A stretch of DNA of 64,000 nucleotides from an uncultured bacterium (GTDB lineage: Bacteria > Arandabacterota > Arandabacteria > Arandabacterales > Arandabacteraceae): the NCBI GenBank assembly GCA_964598025.1, contig CAZRAU010000002.1, positions 17,854 through 81,853 on the forward strand, read 5' to 3'. The position numbers were made by a program, and so were the translations under genes. This document shows positions 8,676-18,600 of this stretch, piece by piece. How positions within the stretch are numbered: the first letter of the stretch is position 1; every line of letters begins with the position of its first letter. Under the pieces are notes generated by a model, which saw only the letters and a program-made list of their open reading frames with translations, did no database searches and had not been told where the DNA came from.

Positions 8676-10655
8676 ATGGAAGGCGGACCAAGTTCGCGCC
8701 GGGAGGTGAAGTCACACTCGATGTTTGCCGAAACCACGCGCATTCTGCTGATCGAAGACGACCCCGGTGATTGCAGACTCATCGAGGGAATGCTCCAGGA
8801 TGCGGTCGGCCCGGGCTTCGAATTGCTCACGGCCGGAAGCCTTGCGGCTGCCATTGAACAGGTCGATGCCGGCAAGCCGGACGTCGTGCTGATGGATCTC
8901 CTCCTTCCCGACAGCGGCGCTCCCGACACGTTCACATCCTTCCGCTCCAAGGTGTCCGGTGTCCCCGTAGTCGTGCTGACAGGTCTGGACGATACCGCCG
9001 CAGCGTTGAAGGCGCTTCATGACGGTGCGCAGGACTACCTCATCAAAGGACGGATCGACGGCGGCCTTCTGGCCCGCTCGATTCGCTATGCGATAGAACG
9101 GCATCAAACCCGGAATAAGCTCGAGCATCAGTCGCTGAAACTGATGGACCGCGAGAAACGGCTGGATACCATCATAAGGGCCAGTGCCGAAGGCATCGCA
9201 ATTGTGGATCGAGATGGGATCGTTCTCTTCGTCAACCCCGCCGCGGAAGCGATCCTCGGCAGAGACGCCGCGGATGTCACAGGACGGGCGTTCGGGTTTC
9301 CCCTGGTTTCGGGGCTGCAAACCGAAGTCGATGTGATCAGCGCCGATGATAGAGTTCGCGTGGCGGAGATGAGGGTCACTGAGGTCGACTGGGACGGCTC
9401 GCGGGTGCAGCTCGTGTCGCTCAGGGACATAACCCAGCACAAAGAGATGCTCAAGGAGCTCGAGGAATCCCGGAAGCAGCAGATCCACTTGAAAGACCGG
9501 TTCTTGTCCCACGTGTCCCATGAGCTCCGGTCGCCCCTCGCGGCGGTGGACCAGTTCGTGTCCATCCTGCTTGATGAGATCCCGGGCAAGCTGAGCGAGC
9601 GGCAGCGCGAGTATCTCGGGATAGTATCGCGCAATGTCGAGCAGTTAGGTGCGATGATCAACGATCTGCTCCTGGTAACGCGGAGCATGGAGGACAGGGT
9701 GTCCATCAACCGGCGTCAGGTGGACGTGTGGAAGGTTCTGAAAGAGGCAGTGTCGACCTTCAAGGCGGCGGCGGCGGAGAAGGTCGTGAAACTGGCGGTA
9801 GATGAATCGGAGGATCTTCCCCGCGTGCTTGCGGACCCTGTCCGGATCAAGGAGGTCCTGACCAATCTAATCGATAATGCCCTCAGATTCACGCCGCCCA
9901 ATGGGACCATCACGATCGGTGCATGGGTGGATGCGCAGGACCCGGATTTCGTCCGGGTATGGGTGACGGACTCGGGAAGTGGCATTGAGGAGCAGGAGAT
10001 CGAGAAGATATTCGATCCTCTCCACCAGAGCGGAAGGGGTAATGACTCGGGCCGGCAGGGTCTCGGACTGGGGCTTTCCATCTGCAAGAGTCTGGTGATT
10101 CGGCAGGGTGGGAGAATCTGGGCGGAAAGTAGGCCCGGGCACGGGACGACCATCTCGTTCACGCTACCGGCATTCTCGCTGGCCGGCCTGCTTGTCCCGA
10201 TTCTGACGCGCGACAACCTGAAGCGCGGCGTGCTGGCAGTCGTCAAAATCCTGATGGTCTTCCGGCCCGAAGCAGGGATGGTGGAATATGTAGACCGCGC
10301 AGTTCGCGCGGCACGGGATAACTTGAACCGGTGCATCGTCGAAAACAGAGATGCCGTGCTTCCAACGGTCGGGGCTGATGACAGCCATCGGTCAACGGTC
10401 ACTGTCGCATGCACCGATCGGAGAGGCGCCGAGATCCTGGTGCGGATGGCGAGGGACCGGCTTTCCCGGGTCGACGACCTGGGACCTCCACAGGTGGAAA
10501 CAACGGTAGTGTTCGACCTGGTCGAGATACCACCGGATATAGCTGAAAGTCCGGCCGAACTGGCGGCGGCCGCCCTGGCCGATGCCATCGAGGGCCTGGT
10601 CTTCGACAGTTTCGAAAAGGAGGAATGCCAATGGCAGCAAAGACAATCCTCGTGA
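8676..10655 (+). CDS. REC-PAS-HisKA-HATPase sensor kinase with an uncharacterised ~170-aa C-terminal extension; alternative start ATG 8721
   Basis: RILLIEDDPGD...VVLMDLLLPDSG receiver, PAS, H-box SHVSHELRSPLAAVDQF, HATPase DSGSGIE...GLGLGLSICKSLVIRQGGRIWAESRPGHGTT, then a 170-aa tail without recognisable motifs. Confidence 0.8.
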   Translation: MEGGPSSRREVKSHSMFAETTRILLIEDDPGDCRLIEGMLQDAVGPGFELLTAGSLAAAIEQVDAGKPDVVLMDLLLPDSGAPDTFTSFRSKVSGVPVVVLTGLDDTAAALKALHDGAQDYLIKGRIDGGLLARSIRYAIERHQTRNKLEHQSLKLMDREKRLDTIIRASAEGIAIVDRDGIVLFVNPAAEAILGRDAADVTGRAFGFPLVSGLQTEVDVISADDRVRVAEMRVTEVDWDGSRVQLVSLRDITQHKEMLKELEESRKQQIHLKDRFLSHVSHELRSPLAAVDQFVSILLDEIPGKLSERQREYLGIVSRNVEQLGAMINDLLLVTRSMEDRVSINRRQVDVWKVLKEAVSTFKAAAAEKVVKLAVDESEDLPRVLADPVRIKEVLTNLIDNALRFTPPNGTITIGAWVDAQDPDFVRVWVTDSGSGIEEQEIEKIFDPLHQSGRGNDSGRQGLGLGLSICKSLVIRQGGRIWAESRPGHGTTISFTLPAFSLAGLLVPILTRDNLKRGVLAVVKILMVFRPEAGMVEYVDRAVRAARDNLNRCIVENRDAVLPTVGADDSHRSTVTVACTDRRGAEILVRMARDRLSRVDDLGPPQVETTVVFDLVEIPPDIAESPAELAAAALADAIEGLVFDSFEKEECQWQQRQSS

Positions 10656-11041
10656 TAGACGATGACCGAGATCTCCTGCTCGGGTTGTCGGTCAGGCTGA
10701 AGGCGGAAGGCTACGAGGTCATAACGGCGGCCGATGCGGTCGCCGCTACCGGCGCGGCCCGTAAAGGGGACCCGGACGTCATAATCCTGGACCTTGGTCT
10801 ACCCGGAGGCGACGGCTACCTGGTGATGCAGCGGCTGCGTTCGATGCTGGTGTCACTGGCGCCGATCATCGTGCTCACGGCGCGCGACCCGGCAACCGAT
10901 GAATGCAGGGCAACCCAACTGGGGGCCTTCACTTACCTCCAGAAGCCGGTCAGCAATGATAGGTTGTTGAGAGCTATCAGGCGTGCGCTTAATGAACCGG
11001 TAGAGCCGGAGAAAGACCGCCTGAGTTTGATCCCGGGCTGA
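10625..11041 (+). CDS. single-domain CheY-like response regulator
   Basis: KTILVIDDDRD...VIILDLGLPGGDG...IIVLTARD...YLQKP. Confidence 0.8.
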   Translation: MPMAAKTILVIDDDRDLLLGLSVRLKAEGYEVITAADAVAATGAARKGDPDVIILDLGLPGGDGYLVMQRLRSMLVSLAPIIVLTARDPATDECRATQLGAFTYLQKPVSNDRLLRAIRRALNEPVEPEKDRLSLIPG

Positions 11042-11153
11042 CTATCACCATGACTCGTCCTGACCGGGCAGTAGCTATGGGGCCGGCCGGTGCAACGCCC
11101 ATGGGCGCATCTGTGCCTATGATCAGGGTGACGGAAATGGATACATGATCAGC

Positions 11154-11181
11154 TTGACAATACCTGGGTCTGTGCTATGCT
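11154..11181 (+). promoter_or_regulatory. candidate sigma70-type promoter TTGACA-N16-TATGCT
   Basis: Exact -35 hexamer at 11154-11159 and TATGCT at 11176-11181 in the 425-nt intergenic region, about 290 nt upstream of the CheB-CheR ORF. Confidence 0.3.
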
Positions 11182-11467
11182 GGCATCATTGCGTGTTTGG
11201 CATCAGGATCAGCGGAGTGTCTGTTGTTCGATTGCATGGCATTGTGAAGCATGTCAAGGTTGTGGACAGGTGGGGACAGACAGTTTGCGAGACCGGATGA
11301 CCGCCCTGCTCGATTCCACTTGCATGAGTTGCGACACCGTGGATAGCCAAGCCGGACCGTCTGCGATCGGGGGAGCATACGCGACGGGTGAGTTGGGATC
11401 CCGGCGGACTGGGCAATGTGCGTTCGGGGATTGACGGTGCCGCCCTGAATGCCGAGCCAGGAAGGTC

Positions 11468-14400
11468 GTGATGGTCGCCGAGAAGAGAAAGCGAAAAGCC
11501 AAACCGACTGAGCCGGACAGACCCCGGGGGAAAGCCTGTGGGCACGGGCCCAAAGCGAAATCCTGCTCCCCAGGGACCCCATCCGATGAACCCGTCGCGA
11601 TTGTAGGCATTGGGGCGTCCGCCGGCGGGCTTGAAGCTCTTGAGGGGTTCTTCGACCACCTGCCTCCGAAGAGTGGCATAGCCTATGTGGTAATCCAGCA
11701 CCTGGCGCCGCAGCATAAGAGCGTCATGGATGCGATCTTGTCCAAACACACCGGCATGAGGATCAACAGGATCACCTCCGGTATGAAAGCCGAACCCGAC
11801 AACATATATCTCAACCAGCCGGATAAAGACGTGACGATTGTAAATGGACTTCTGTGTCTGGCCGAGCTGGAAGAACCGCACGGTATCAGGTTGCCGATTG
11901 ACCGTTTTCTGCGTTCCCTTGCCGCGGACCGGGGCGAGAAAGCCGTCTGCGTCATCCTCTCAGGTACCGGGAGTGACGGTACTCAGGGGTTGAAGGCTAT
12001 CAAGGAGACGGGCGGAATGGCAATGGTCCAGGAGAAGGAACAGGCGAGGTACGAGGGCATGCCGGCGAGTGCTCTTGCAACAGGCCTTGTGGATTTCGAG
12101 CTGCCCGTTGAGGATATGGCCGACGAGATCATGAAATTCGCATCACACACCTATGTCAGATGCCAGCAGGCGGTCACCGCCCCGGAAGAAGATATGGAGG
12201 GCTCGTTTGCAAGGATATTCTCGTTTATCCGTTCGGAAACGGGTCATGACTTCTCGGGCTACAAGAGGAAAACCACCCAACGCAGGATAGAGCGTCGGAT
12301 GGCGCTGCATGGAATCGATGCGGTGGACGCCTATGTGACTTTTCTCAGAGAGGATTCCAATGAAGTCAAGGCGCTTTACCGGGATATGCTGATCACGGTC
12401 ACGAGTTTCTTCAGGGAACCGGAGGCTTTCGAGGTTCTTGAGAAAACGGCGGTGCACGAGCTGCTAGATACGAGAGAACCGGACACGGCCCTACGGGTCT
12501 GGGTACCCGGCTGTGGTACGGGAGAGGAAGCCTATTCCATTGCGATTTTGATTGCCGAACACCTGGCGGCAAGGAAACGGCACCTTGAGGTCCAGGTATT
12601 CGCTACCGATCTGGACGATGGCTCGATCGAGTACGCGCGGGCCGGCGTCTATCCCGCCAGCATAGCTGCGGATGTCAAAGCAAAGCGACTGGAGCGATTT
12701 TTCGTGAGTGTTGATGGTTCATGGAGGATCAAGCGGCGGATTCGGGAGATGCTTGTCTTCGCCGTCCAGGACCTTATCAAAGATCCGCCCTTCTCGAATC
12801 TCGATCTAATCAGCTGCAGGAACGTGCTCATATACTTGGACGGCGCCCTCCAAAAGGAGGTACTATCACTCTTCCACTATGTGCTTCGGCCCGGCGGGTA
12901 CCTCTTCCTTGGTTCCGCCGAGACGATCGGCGGATTCGGTGACCGGTTCGAGACGGTTGACTCAAAACACAGGATATACAGACGAAAGGAAGCTATTCAC
13001 GGTGAGGTCAAGCCACACGGCGTACCGCCGTTCTTTGAGCGACGCGGCAGGTATCCCTTAACCGGTGAGCCCAGCAGCCGCAGTGCGAGCGACATCCGGG
13101 GTCTCGCACACCGAGCAATCATCGACAAGTATACTCCCCCGTGTGTGCTGATAAACGGGAGACACGAGATTCTGTACTTCCACGGTGACACGGACAAGTA
13201 CCTGGCTTCACCGGCTGGAGAAGCCAGCCTCGACATCCTGAAGATGATCCGTCCGGAGATTCGCTATAAATTGAGCGGAGCACTCCACAGTGTTTCCAAG
13301 GGCCTTGAAACCGTCGTATGTGATGATCTAACCGTAGTGCACGGATGCGAGTCGGTCAGCCTGGATCTGGTGGTCAAGCCGGTGGAGGATCTCCGCGGGG
13401 CGCCGGGTATGATGCTGGTAGTGTTTGAGGAGAGGCGCAAGCCGAAGCCGGCGCGCCGGAGAGCCGGACGATACAAAGCCGATCACCCGGAGGATTCCAG
13501 TGCGACCGCGCTGCAACAGGAGCTGGCATCGACGAAGGAGCATTTGCAGGCGGCGATCGAGGAGCTGGAAACCAGCAATGAAGAACTCAGATCGGCCAAT
13601 GAAGAGCTCCAATCGACCAATGAGGAGCTCCAGTCGACCAATGAGGAGCTGGAAACCGCCAGGGAAGAACTGCGATCCTCAAATGAAGAGCTGGAGACCG
13701 TGGCCACGGAGCGTGAGCACAAGATACAGACGTTGTCGAAAGCGCATGACGACCTCAACAATCTGCTTGCGAGCACCGACATCGGAACCATCTTCCTGGA
13801 CTTGGAACTTCGCATCAAGTTTTTCACCCCACCGACAACGGCGATCTTCAACGTGATCGAGACTGATATCGGCCGGCCGATTAGCGATATCACTACGGCG
13901 GCGAAATACGCGGGCCTCGACCGGGATGCCAGAGAGGTGCTCACGACCCTTACAAAGAAGGAGACAGAGGTTCAAACCACGGATGGGAGGTGGTTCACAG
14001 TCAAGATGCTGCCGTATCGGACGACGGACAACGTCATCAATGGCGTGGTGATCACCTTTACGGACGTCACGAGGATTAAGCGCGCGCGGGAGCACCTGGC
14101 GATAAGCAGGGTCGCGTTGGCGGCCTTTATGGAGTCGGCAACCGACGGGATGATGCTGTTCGACTCGGAGGGCAATCTCATTGAGATGAATTCCGCTGCG
14201 CTTGAGTTATTTCCACGGGGCATTCGGAAGGAAGATGTGACCGGCGAGAGTATCGCGAAGGTCCTGGGCCTTATCGGCCAAGGGGACCGAGCCGAGGATT
14301 ACTATGCAACGCTGGAGACCGGAATACCCTTCATAGATGGGGAGCGGCAGCGGCATCCGAGAATCGCGGGAAGGTACTTCTCTGCAAGGGTTTTCAGGAC

Positions 14401-14869
14401 GGGAACGGGGATCGGTGTAATACTGGCGGATGAGACCATCCAGGTTGAATTCGACAAGGCGGATAAGGCCCGCCGCTACGCCGAGCGAATCGTCGACAGC
14501 GTGCGGGAACCCATGCTTGTGCTCGACTCAGGCCTGCGAGTGATTTCGGCCAGTGCCGCGTTCTTCAGCGAGTTCGCCGCAAAGCCCCGGGAGACACTGG
14601 GCTTACAGATTCATGAGATCGGAAACGCGCTGTGGGATATACCCGAGCTGAGAGACAGGCTTGAAAAGACCCTGGCCTCAGGCCTGATTCTCAGGGACCT
14701 CGTCGTGGAGCGCGACTTGCCCGGGATCGGGAGAAGAAAGATGCTTCTCAATGGGCGTAGGCTGAAAATAGCCAAGGGTGAACCCGTAATGTTGTTGCTT
14801 ACCATCGAGAATATCTCGGAAGACGCGCCCAGCCGGGCAAACGTCACGGATACCGCGTGTGATCGGTGA
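11468..14869 (+). CDS. CheB methylesterase - CheR methyltransferase fusion protein with coiled coil and PAS domains, no kinase domain
   Basis: CheB-type VAIVGIGASAGGLEALEGFF...VVIQH. CheR-type FFREPEAFEVL...LRVWVPGCGTGEEAYSIAILI. Heptad-repeat linker. PAS-like segments to the C-terminus. Confidence 0.85.
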   Translation: MMVAEKRKRKAKPTEPDRPRGKACGHGPKAKSCSPGTPSDEPVAIVGIGASAGGLEALEGFFDHLPPKSGIAYVVIQHLAPQHKSVMDAILSKHTGMRINRITSGMKAEPDNIYLNQPDKDVTIVNGLLCLAELEEPHGIRLPIDRFLRSLAADRGEKAVCVILSGTGSDGTQGLKAIKETGGMAMVQEKEQARYEGMPASALATGLVDFELPVEDMADEIMKFASHTYVRCQQAVTAPEEDMEGSFARIFSFIRSETGHDFSGYKRKTTQRRIERRMALHGIDAVDAYVTFLREDSNEVKALYRDMLITVTSFFREPEAFEVLEKTAVHELLDTREPDTALRVWVPGCGTGEEAYSIAILIAEHLAARKRHLEVQVFATDLDDGSIEYARAGVYPASIAADVKAKRLERFFVSVDGSWRIKRRIREMLVFAVQDLIKDPPFSNLDLISCRNVLIYLDGALQKEVLSLFHYVLRPGGYLFLGSAETIGGFGDRFETVDSKHRIYRRKEAIHGEVKPHGVPPFFERRGRYPLTGEPSSRSASDIRGLAHRAIIDKYTPPCVLINGRHEILYFHGDTDKYLASPAGEASLDILKMIRPEIRYKLSGALHSVSKGLETVVCDDLTVVHGCESVSLDLVVKPVEDLRGAPGMMLVVFEERRKPKPARRRAGRYKADHPEDSSATALQQELASTKEHLQAAIEELETSNEELRSANEELQSTNEELQSTNEELETAREELRSSNEELETVATEREHKIQTLSKAHDDLNNLLASTDIGTIFLDLELRIKFFTPPTTAIFNVIETDIGRPISDITTAAKYAGLDRDAREVLTTLTKKETEVQTTDGRWFTVKMLPYRTTDNVINGVVITFTDVTRIKRAREHLAISRVALAAFMESATDGMMLFDSEGNLIEMNSAALELFPRGIRKEDVTGESIAKVLGLIGQGDRAEDYYATLETGIPFIDGERQRHPRIAGRYFSARVFRTGTGIGVILADETIQVEFDKADKARRYAERIVDSVREPMLVLDSGLRVISASAAFFSEFAAKPRETLGLQIHEIGNALWDIPELRDRLEKTLASGLILRDLVVERDLPGIGRRKMLLNGRRLKIAKGEPVMLLLTIENISEDAPSRANVTDTACDR
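13559..13699 (+). repeat. in-frame tandem repeat, 6.7 x 21 nt, encoding EEL(Q/E)(S/T)(S/T/A)N heptads inside the CheB-CheR gene
   Basis: gaggagctggaaaccagcaat / gaagaactcagatcggccaat / gaagagctccaatcgaccaat / gaggagctccagtcgaccaat ... Confidence 0.9.
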
Positions 14870-14899
14870 CGGTACGACGGCGTTGGCCGGTGTTCGGAG

Positions 14900-15472
14900 G
14901 TGAGCCGGATGCAAAGAGAAAAGCGCAAGCCGCACAATGCTGACAAGCTCCGCAAGTTGGCCGAGGAGGAGGCCGGTCTGCCGGTAACCCGTCCGGTCGA
15001 TGAGAGGCACGGCGATCTCGAGGAGCTTCTCTATGAGCTGCGGATTCATCAAGCCGAGCTTGAAATTCAGAACGAAGAGCTCCTTAGGGCGCAGGCGGAG
15101 CTTGAAAGCGCACGGGCCAAGTATCTGGACCTGTTTGAATCGGCGCCAATCGGCTATCTGGTGCTGGATTCGTCCGGCATGATCGTCGACGTTAACCTTG
15201 CGGGCAGGGCGATGTTGGGGCTGGACAAGCAGGCCGGGCTTGGGGCGAAGTTCGTCCGGTTAGTGGCCGGTGATGATCGGGACCGGTTCTACCTGCATAG
15301 GATGAAGGTCATGACGACCGGAACGAGGGACACCTGCAGGCTCCGCCTGGTCGGAGAGGATGGTGCGGAGTTCGCGGCCCGGCTGGAGACTGTGCCGATT
15401 CTCGATGAGGATGGTTCCTGCACGCAGCTCCGTGTGGCGCTGCTGGACCTTAGCGGGGACCGGTCGAAGTAG
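14900..15472 (+). CDS. PAS-domain protein with N-terminal coiled coil
   Basis: ELRIHQAELEIQNEELLRAQAELE followed by a PAS core FESAPIGYLVLDSSGMIVDVNLAGRAMLGL. Confidence 0.7.
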   Translation: MSRMQREKRKPHNADKLRKLAEEEAGLPVTRPVDERHGDLEELLYELRIHQAELEIQNEELLRAQAELESARAKYLDLFESAPIGYLVLDSSGMIVDVNLAGRAMLGLDKQAGLGAKFVRLVAGDDRDRFYLHRMKVMTTGTRDTCRLRLVGEDGAEFAARLETVPILDEDGSCTQLRVALLDLSGDRSK

Positions 15473-15606
15473 CATCGCCACACCCGTGGCGACGAAAGCC
15501 TTAGAGCGGCGTCATTCATCGCAACGCCACGGTAGGCAGCCAATTTCTCTTCCCACAGCCGGCATATCCATTCAAGTGTTGAGGTGCTTCGTCCGATGTA
15601 ACTAGT

Positions 15607-15616
15607 GGAGGTCACT
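15607..15616 (+). repeat. GGAGGTCACC motif copy (9/10, GGAGGTCACt) abutting ATG 15617
   Basis: tGGAGGTCACTATGagg. Confidence 0.6.
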
Positions 15617-18600
15617 ATGAGGAATGAGCATAAGCTCATTTGGTATCCCATATCGGCCGGTCTGCTGATAGTTATTTCGCACGCCCTGATCCGACTGGGC
15701 TTCCACTTCGCCGCAGGAGCATTCTTCCGGGCTGTTATTACAGGTCTTGAGGTCGGCGCGGGCCTGCTGTTTATCGGTGTGGCGCTTGCCGTCATCATTC
15801 GCCGGCATCGTGCTGCTCGGGACCTCGTCGAACGCGGGTCCGGGGATGAGTTGGCTTGGCTATCGCAGGTCTTCGACATGACTACGGAGAGCGTATTCAT
15901 CACCAACCTCGACCGGGTGATCATCGACGTCAACCGGGCCGCGCTGGAAGCAAGCGGGCGGAGTGGCAAGTCGGAGCTGGTCGGAAGAGATGTTCTTGAT
16001 ATCCTCGTGCCGGAGGACCGGGAGCCGGCTAAGGGCGCGTTCGAGAAGGTGGTGGAAGACGGCCATTTGACGGAACGCGGCTTCAGGGTCCTGAGGCCGG
16101 ACGGGGAACGCGTTGAGGTCGAAGCGAGCGTGTCCCTGATCAGAGACCCACAGGGCTATGCGGGGGGATTCGTAGGCATTGCGCGGGATCTGCACCTGCT
16201 CAGAGAGCGAGAAAGCCAGTTGTTGGACTCGGAGCGCCGCTTCAGAACCCTGTTTGATAGCGCCACGGACGGGCTGTTGGTGGCAGACACCGATACCAAG
16301 ATGCTGATCATGGCCAACCGGAGAATCTGTGAGATGCTGGGTTACACCCAGGCCGAGCTGCTGGCCCTGGGCGTCGAAGACATACATCCGGCGAAAGACC
16401 TGCCGCGGGTGTTCCAAGTGTTCGGCGATCAGGTCGCAGGTCGGCGTTCTTTCGCGGCGGAACTGCCCCTCAAGCGAAAAGACGGCAGTGTCATTCATGC
16501 CGACGTCAACTCCTCGATGATGACGCTGGACGGCAGTCCGCGCCTGCTCGGTATCTTCAGGGACGCAACCGAACGGATGGCAGCCGATGAGGTGCTCCGC
16601 GGGCGAACTCACGAGCTAGCCGAGAGAGTCAAGGAACTCGACTGTATGAACATGGCCTCGCGCCTCATGTCCGCACAGGAGAAGTCCACGGAAGAGATTC
16701 TCGCCGAATTGGTCCGGCTTGTGCCTGCGGCGTTGCAATACCCGGATAAGGCCTGCGGCATGGTCTCGGTAGACGGGGAGAATTACAGCACGCCCGGCTT
16801 TGTGGAAACCGGCAATGCAATATCGGCCATCATACGTGTGTCAAGGATGGCCAAGGGAAGATTGCTGGTTTGTTACGCCGGCACGTTTGACTCTGGCGAA
16901 GGCGATGGCGGCGCGTTCCTGAAAGAGGAGCAGCAGCTCATTGAAACGCTGGCCCTTGAAATAGGGAAGTTCCTGGAGCGAAGGGCGGTGAAAGCGGCCC
17001 TGGTGGCGAGTGAGGAGAAATACCGGCTGCTCGTCGACAACCAGACCGATCTTGTGGTCAAAGTCGATACGGAGGGCAGGTTCCTGTTCGCAAGCCGATC
17101 CTACTGCGAGATGTTCGGCAAGACCGAGGACGAGCTTTTGGGGCGGAAATTCATGCCTTTGGTACACGAAGATGATAGGGACGCCACAGTCAGGGAGATG
17201 GAACGCCTTTATAAGGCGCCGTTCACCTGCTATGCAGAACAGCGTTCGATGACTAAGGATGGATGGCGGTGGCTGGCATGGGCGTACAAGGCGATAGTCG
17301 GTGAAGACGGCAAGATCGAGGCGGTAGTGGGTGTGGGCCGGGACGTGAGCGGGCGCAAGGCCGCGGAACAGGCACTTTATCGCTCCGAGCACGAACTCAA
17401 AGTCAGAAACGAGATTGCCGACATCTTCCTCACGGTCCCTGATGATAAAATGTATGAGCGGGTTCTAGGGGCGGTTCTCAAGGCTGCCGGGAGCAGACGT
17501 GGTTGCTTCGCTGTCATGGACGAATCCAGGAGGCTGATCTGTGCTCCGGGAGTGATCGATGCCAGGGACATCTTCGTACGCACGCAATGCAGCAACGTCC
17601 TCACCGAGGACCAGTGGCTGGAGGCATGGGGAGACCTGTTCAGAGACGGCAAAGCCGTCGTCCTCGACGGTCCCCTGGATCTGTCCGGATCTCTATTGAA
17701 TGCTCAGAGGGGCATGGCCGCTCCGCTTGTCCATCAAAAGGCACCTGTCGGACTTCTCCTGGTTGCCGACAAGCCCAGCGACTACACCGAAGACGATCGG
17801 ACGTTGCTTGAGACGATCGGCAAGAAAATCGCGCCCATTCTCGCGGCCCGGCTCGAACGGGATACGGAGGAGCGAGGGCGCCTTGCAACGGAAGCGGAAA
17901 GAGAGCAACTACAATCCCAGCTCGTACAATCCCAGAAGATAGAAGCCATAGGCATCCTGGCCGGGGGTGTTGCCCATGACTTTAACAATATTCTCTCCTC
18001 GGTACAGGGGCATTGCGAGCTGGCGATGCTGAAGGCAGGTGAAGGCTCCCGGCTTGAACACGATCTCAAGCAGGTCGGGAATGCTGCGGCCCGCGGCGCT
18101 GCGCTGACACGCAAGCTGCTGCTCTTCAGCCGCAAGCACCCAATGGAAGTATCGCTTCTGGACATCAACGAAGTGGTCACGGACATGCACGAGATGCTCG
18201 ATCGCTTGATCGGCGAGGATATCACTGTTGAAAACCGGCTTGGCGATGACATCTGGACAGTCCGGGGAGACAGGACCGGTATCGAACAGGTGATAATGAA
18301 CCTGGCCGTGAACGCAAGGGACGCCATGCCGGCGGGGGGGGCAATAGAGATATCCACTGAGAACGTGGAGGTGGACTCGACGACGAGCCCGCCTTCACCC
18401 GACGGCAAACGCGGGAAGTACGTCTGCCTGAAGGTGAGCGACAACGGCACGGGAATGGACAGAAAGACCGTCGAGCGGATTTTCGAACCGTTTTACACCA
18501 CCAAGGAGATGGATAGCGGAACCGGGCTTGGGCTCTCGGTAGTCCACGGCATCGTCAAGCACCATGGAGGTTGGATTGACGTCAAGAGCACTCGCGGTCA

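Noticed and set aside
8676-8720. Degenerate motif-like sequence ATGGAAGGCGGACC and GGGAGGTGAAGTCAC upstream of the post-kaiC HK
   Set aside because: Only loosely resembles GGAGGTCACC and is not counted among the eight copies. The true start of this gene (8676 vs 8721) remains unresolved.
13559-13699. Tandem 21-nt repeats considered as a possible CRISPR-like or minisatellite array
   Set aside because: Units are contiguous, in frame and encode coiled-coil heptads inside the CheB-CheR gene. There are no spacers and no cas genes.
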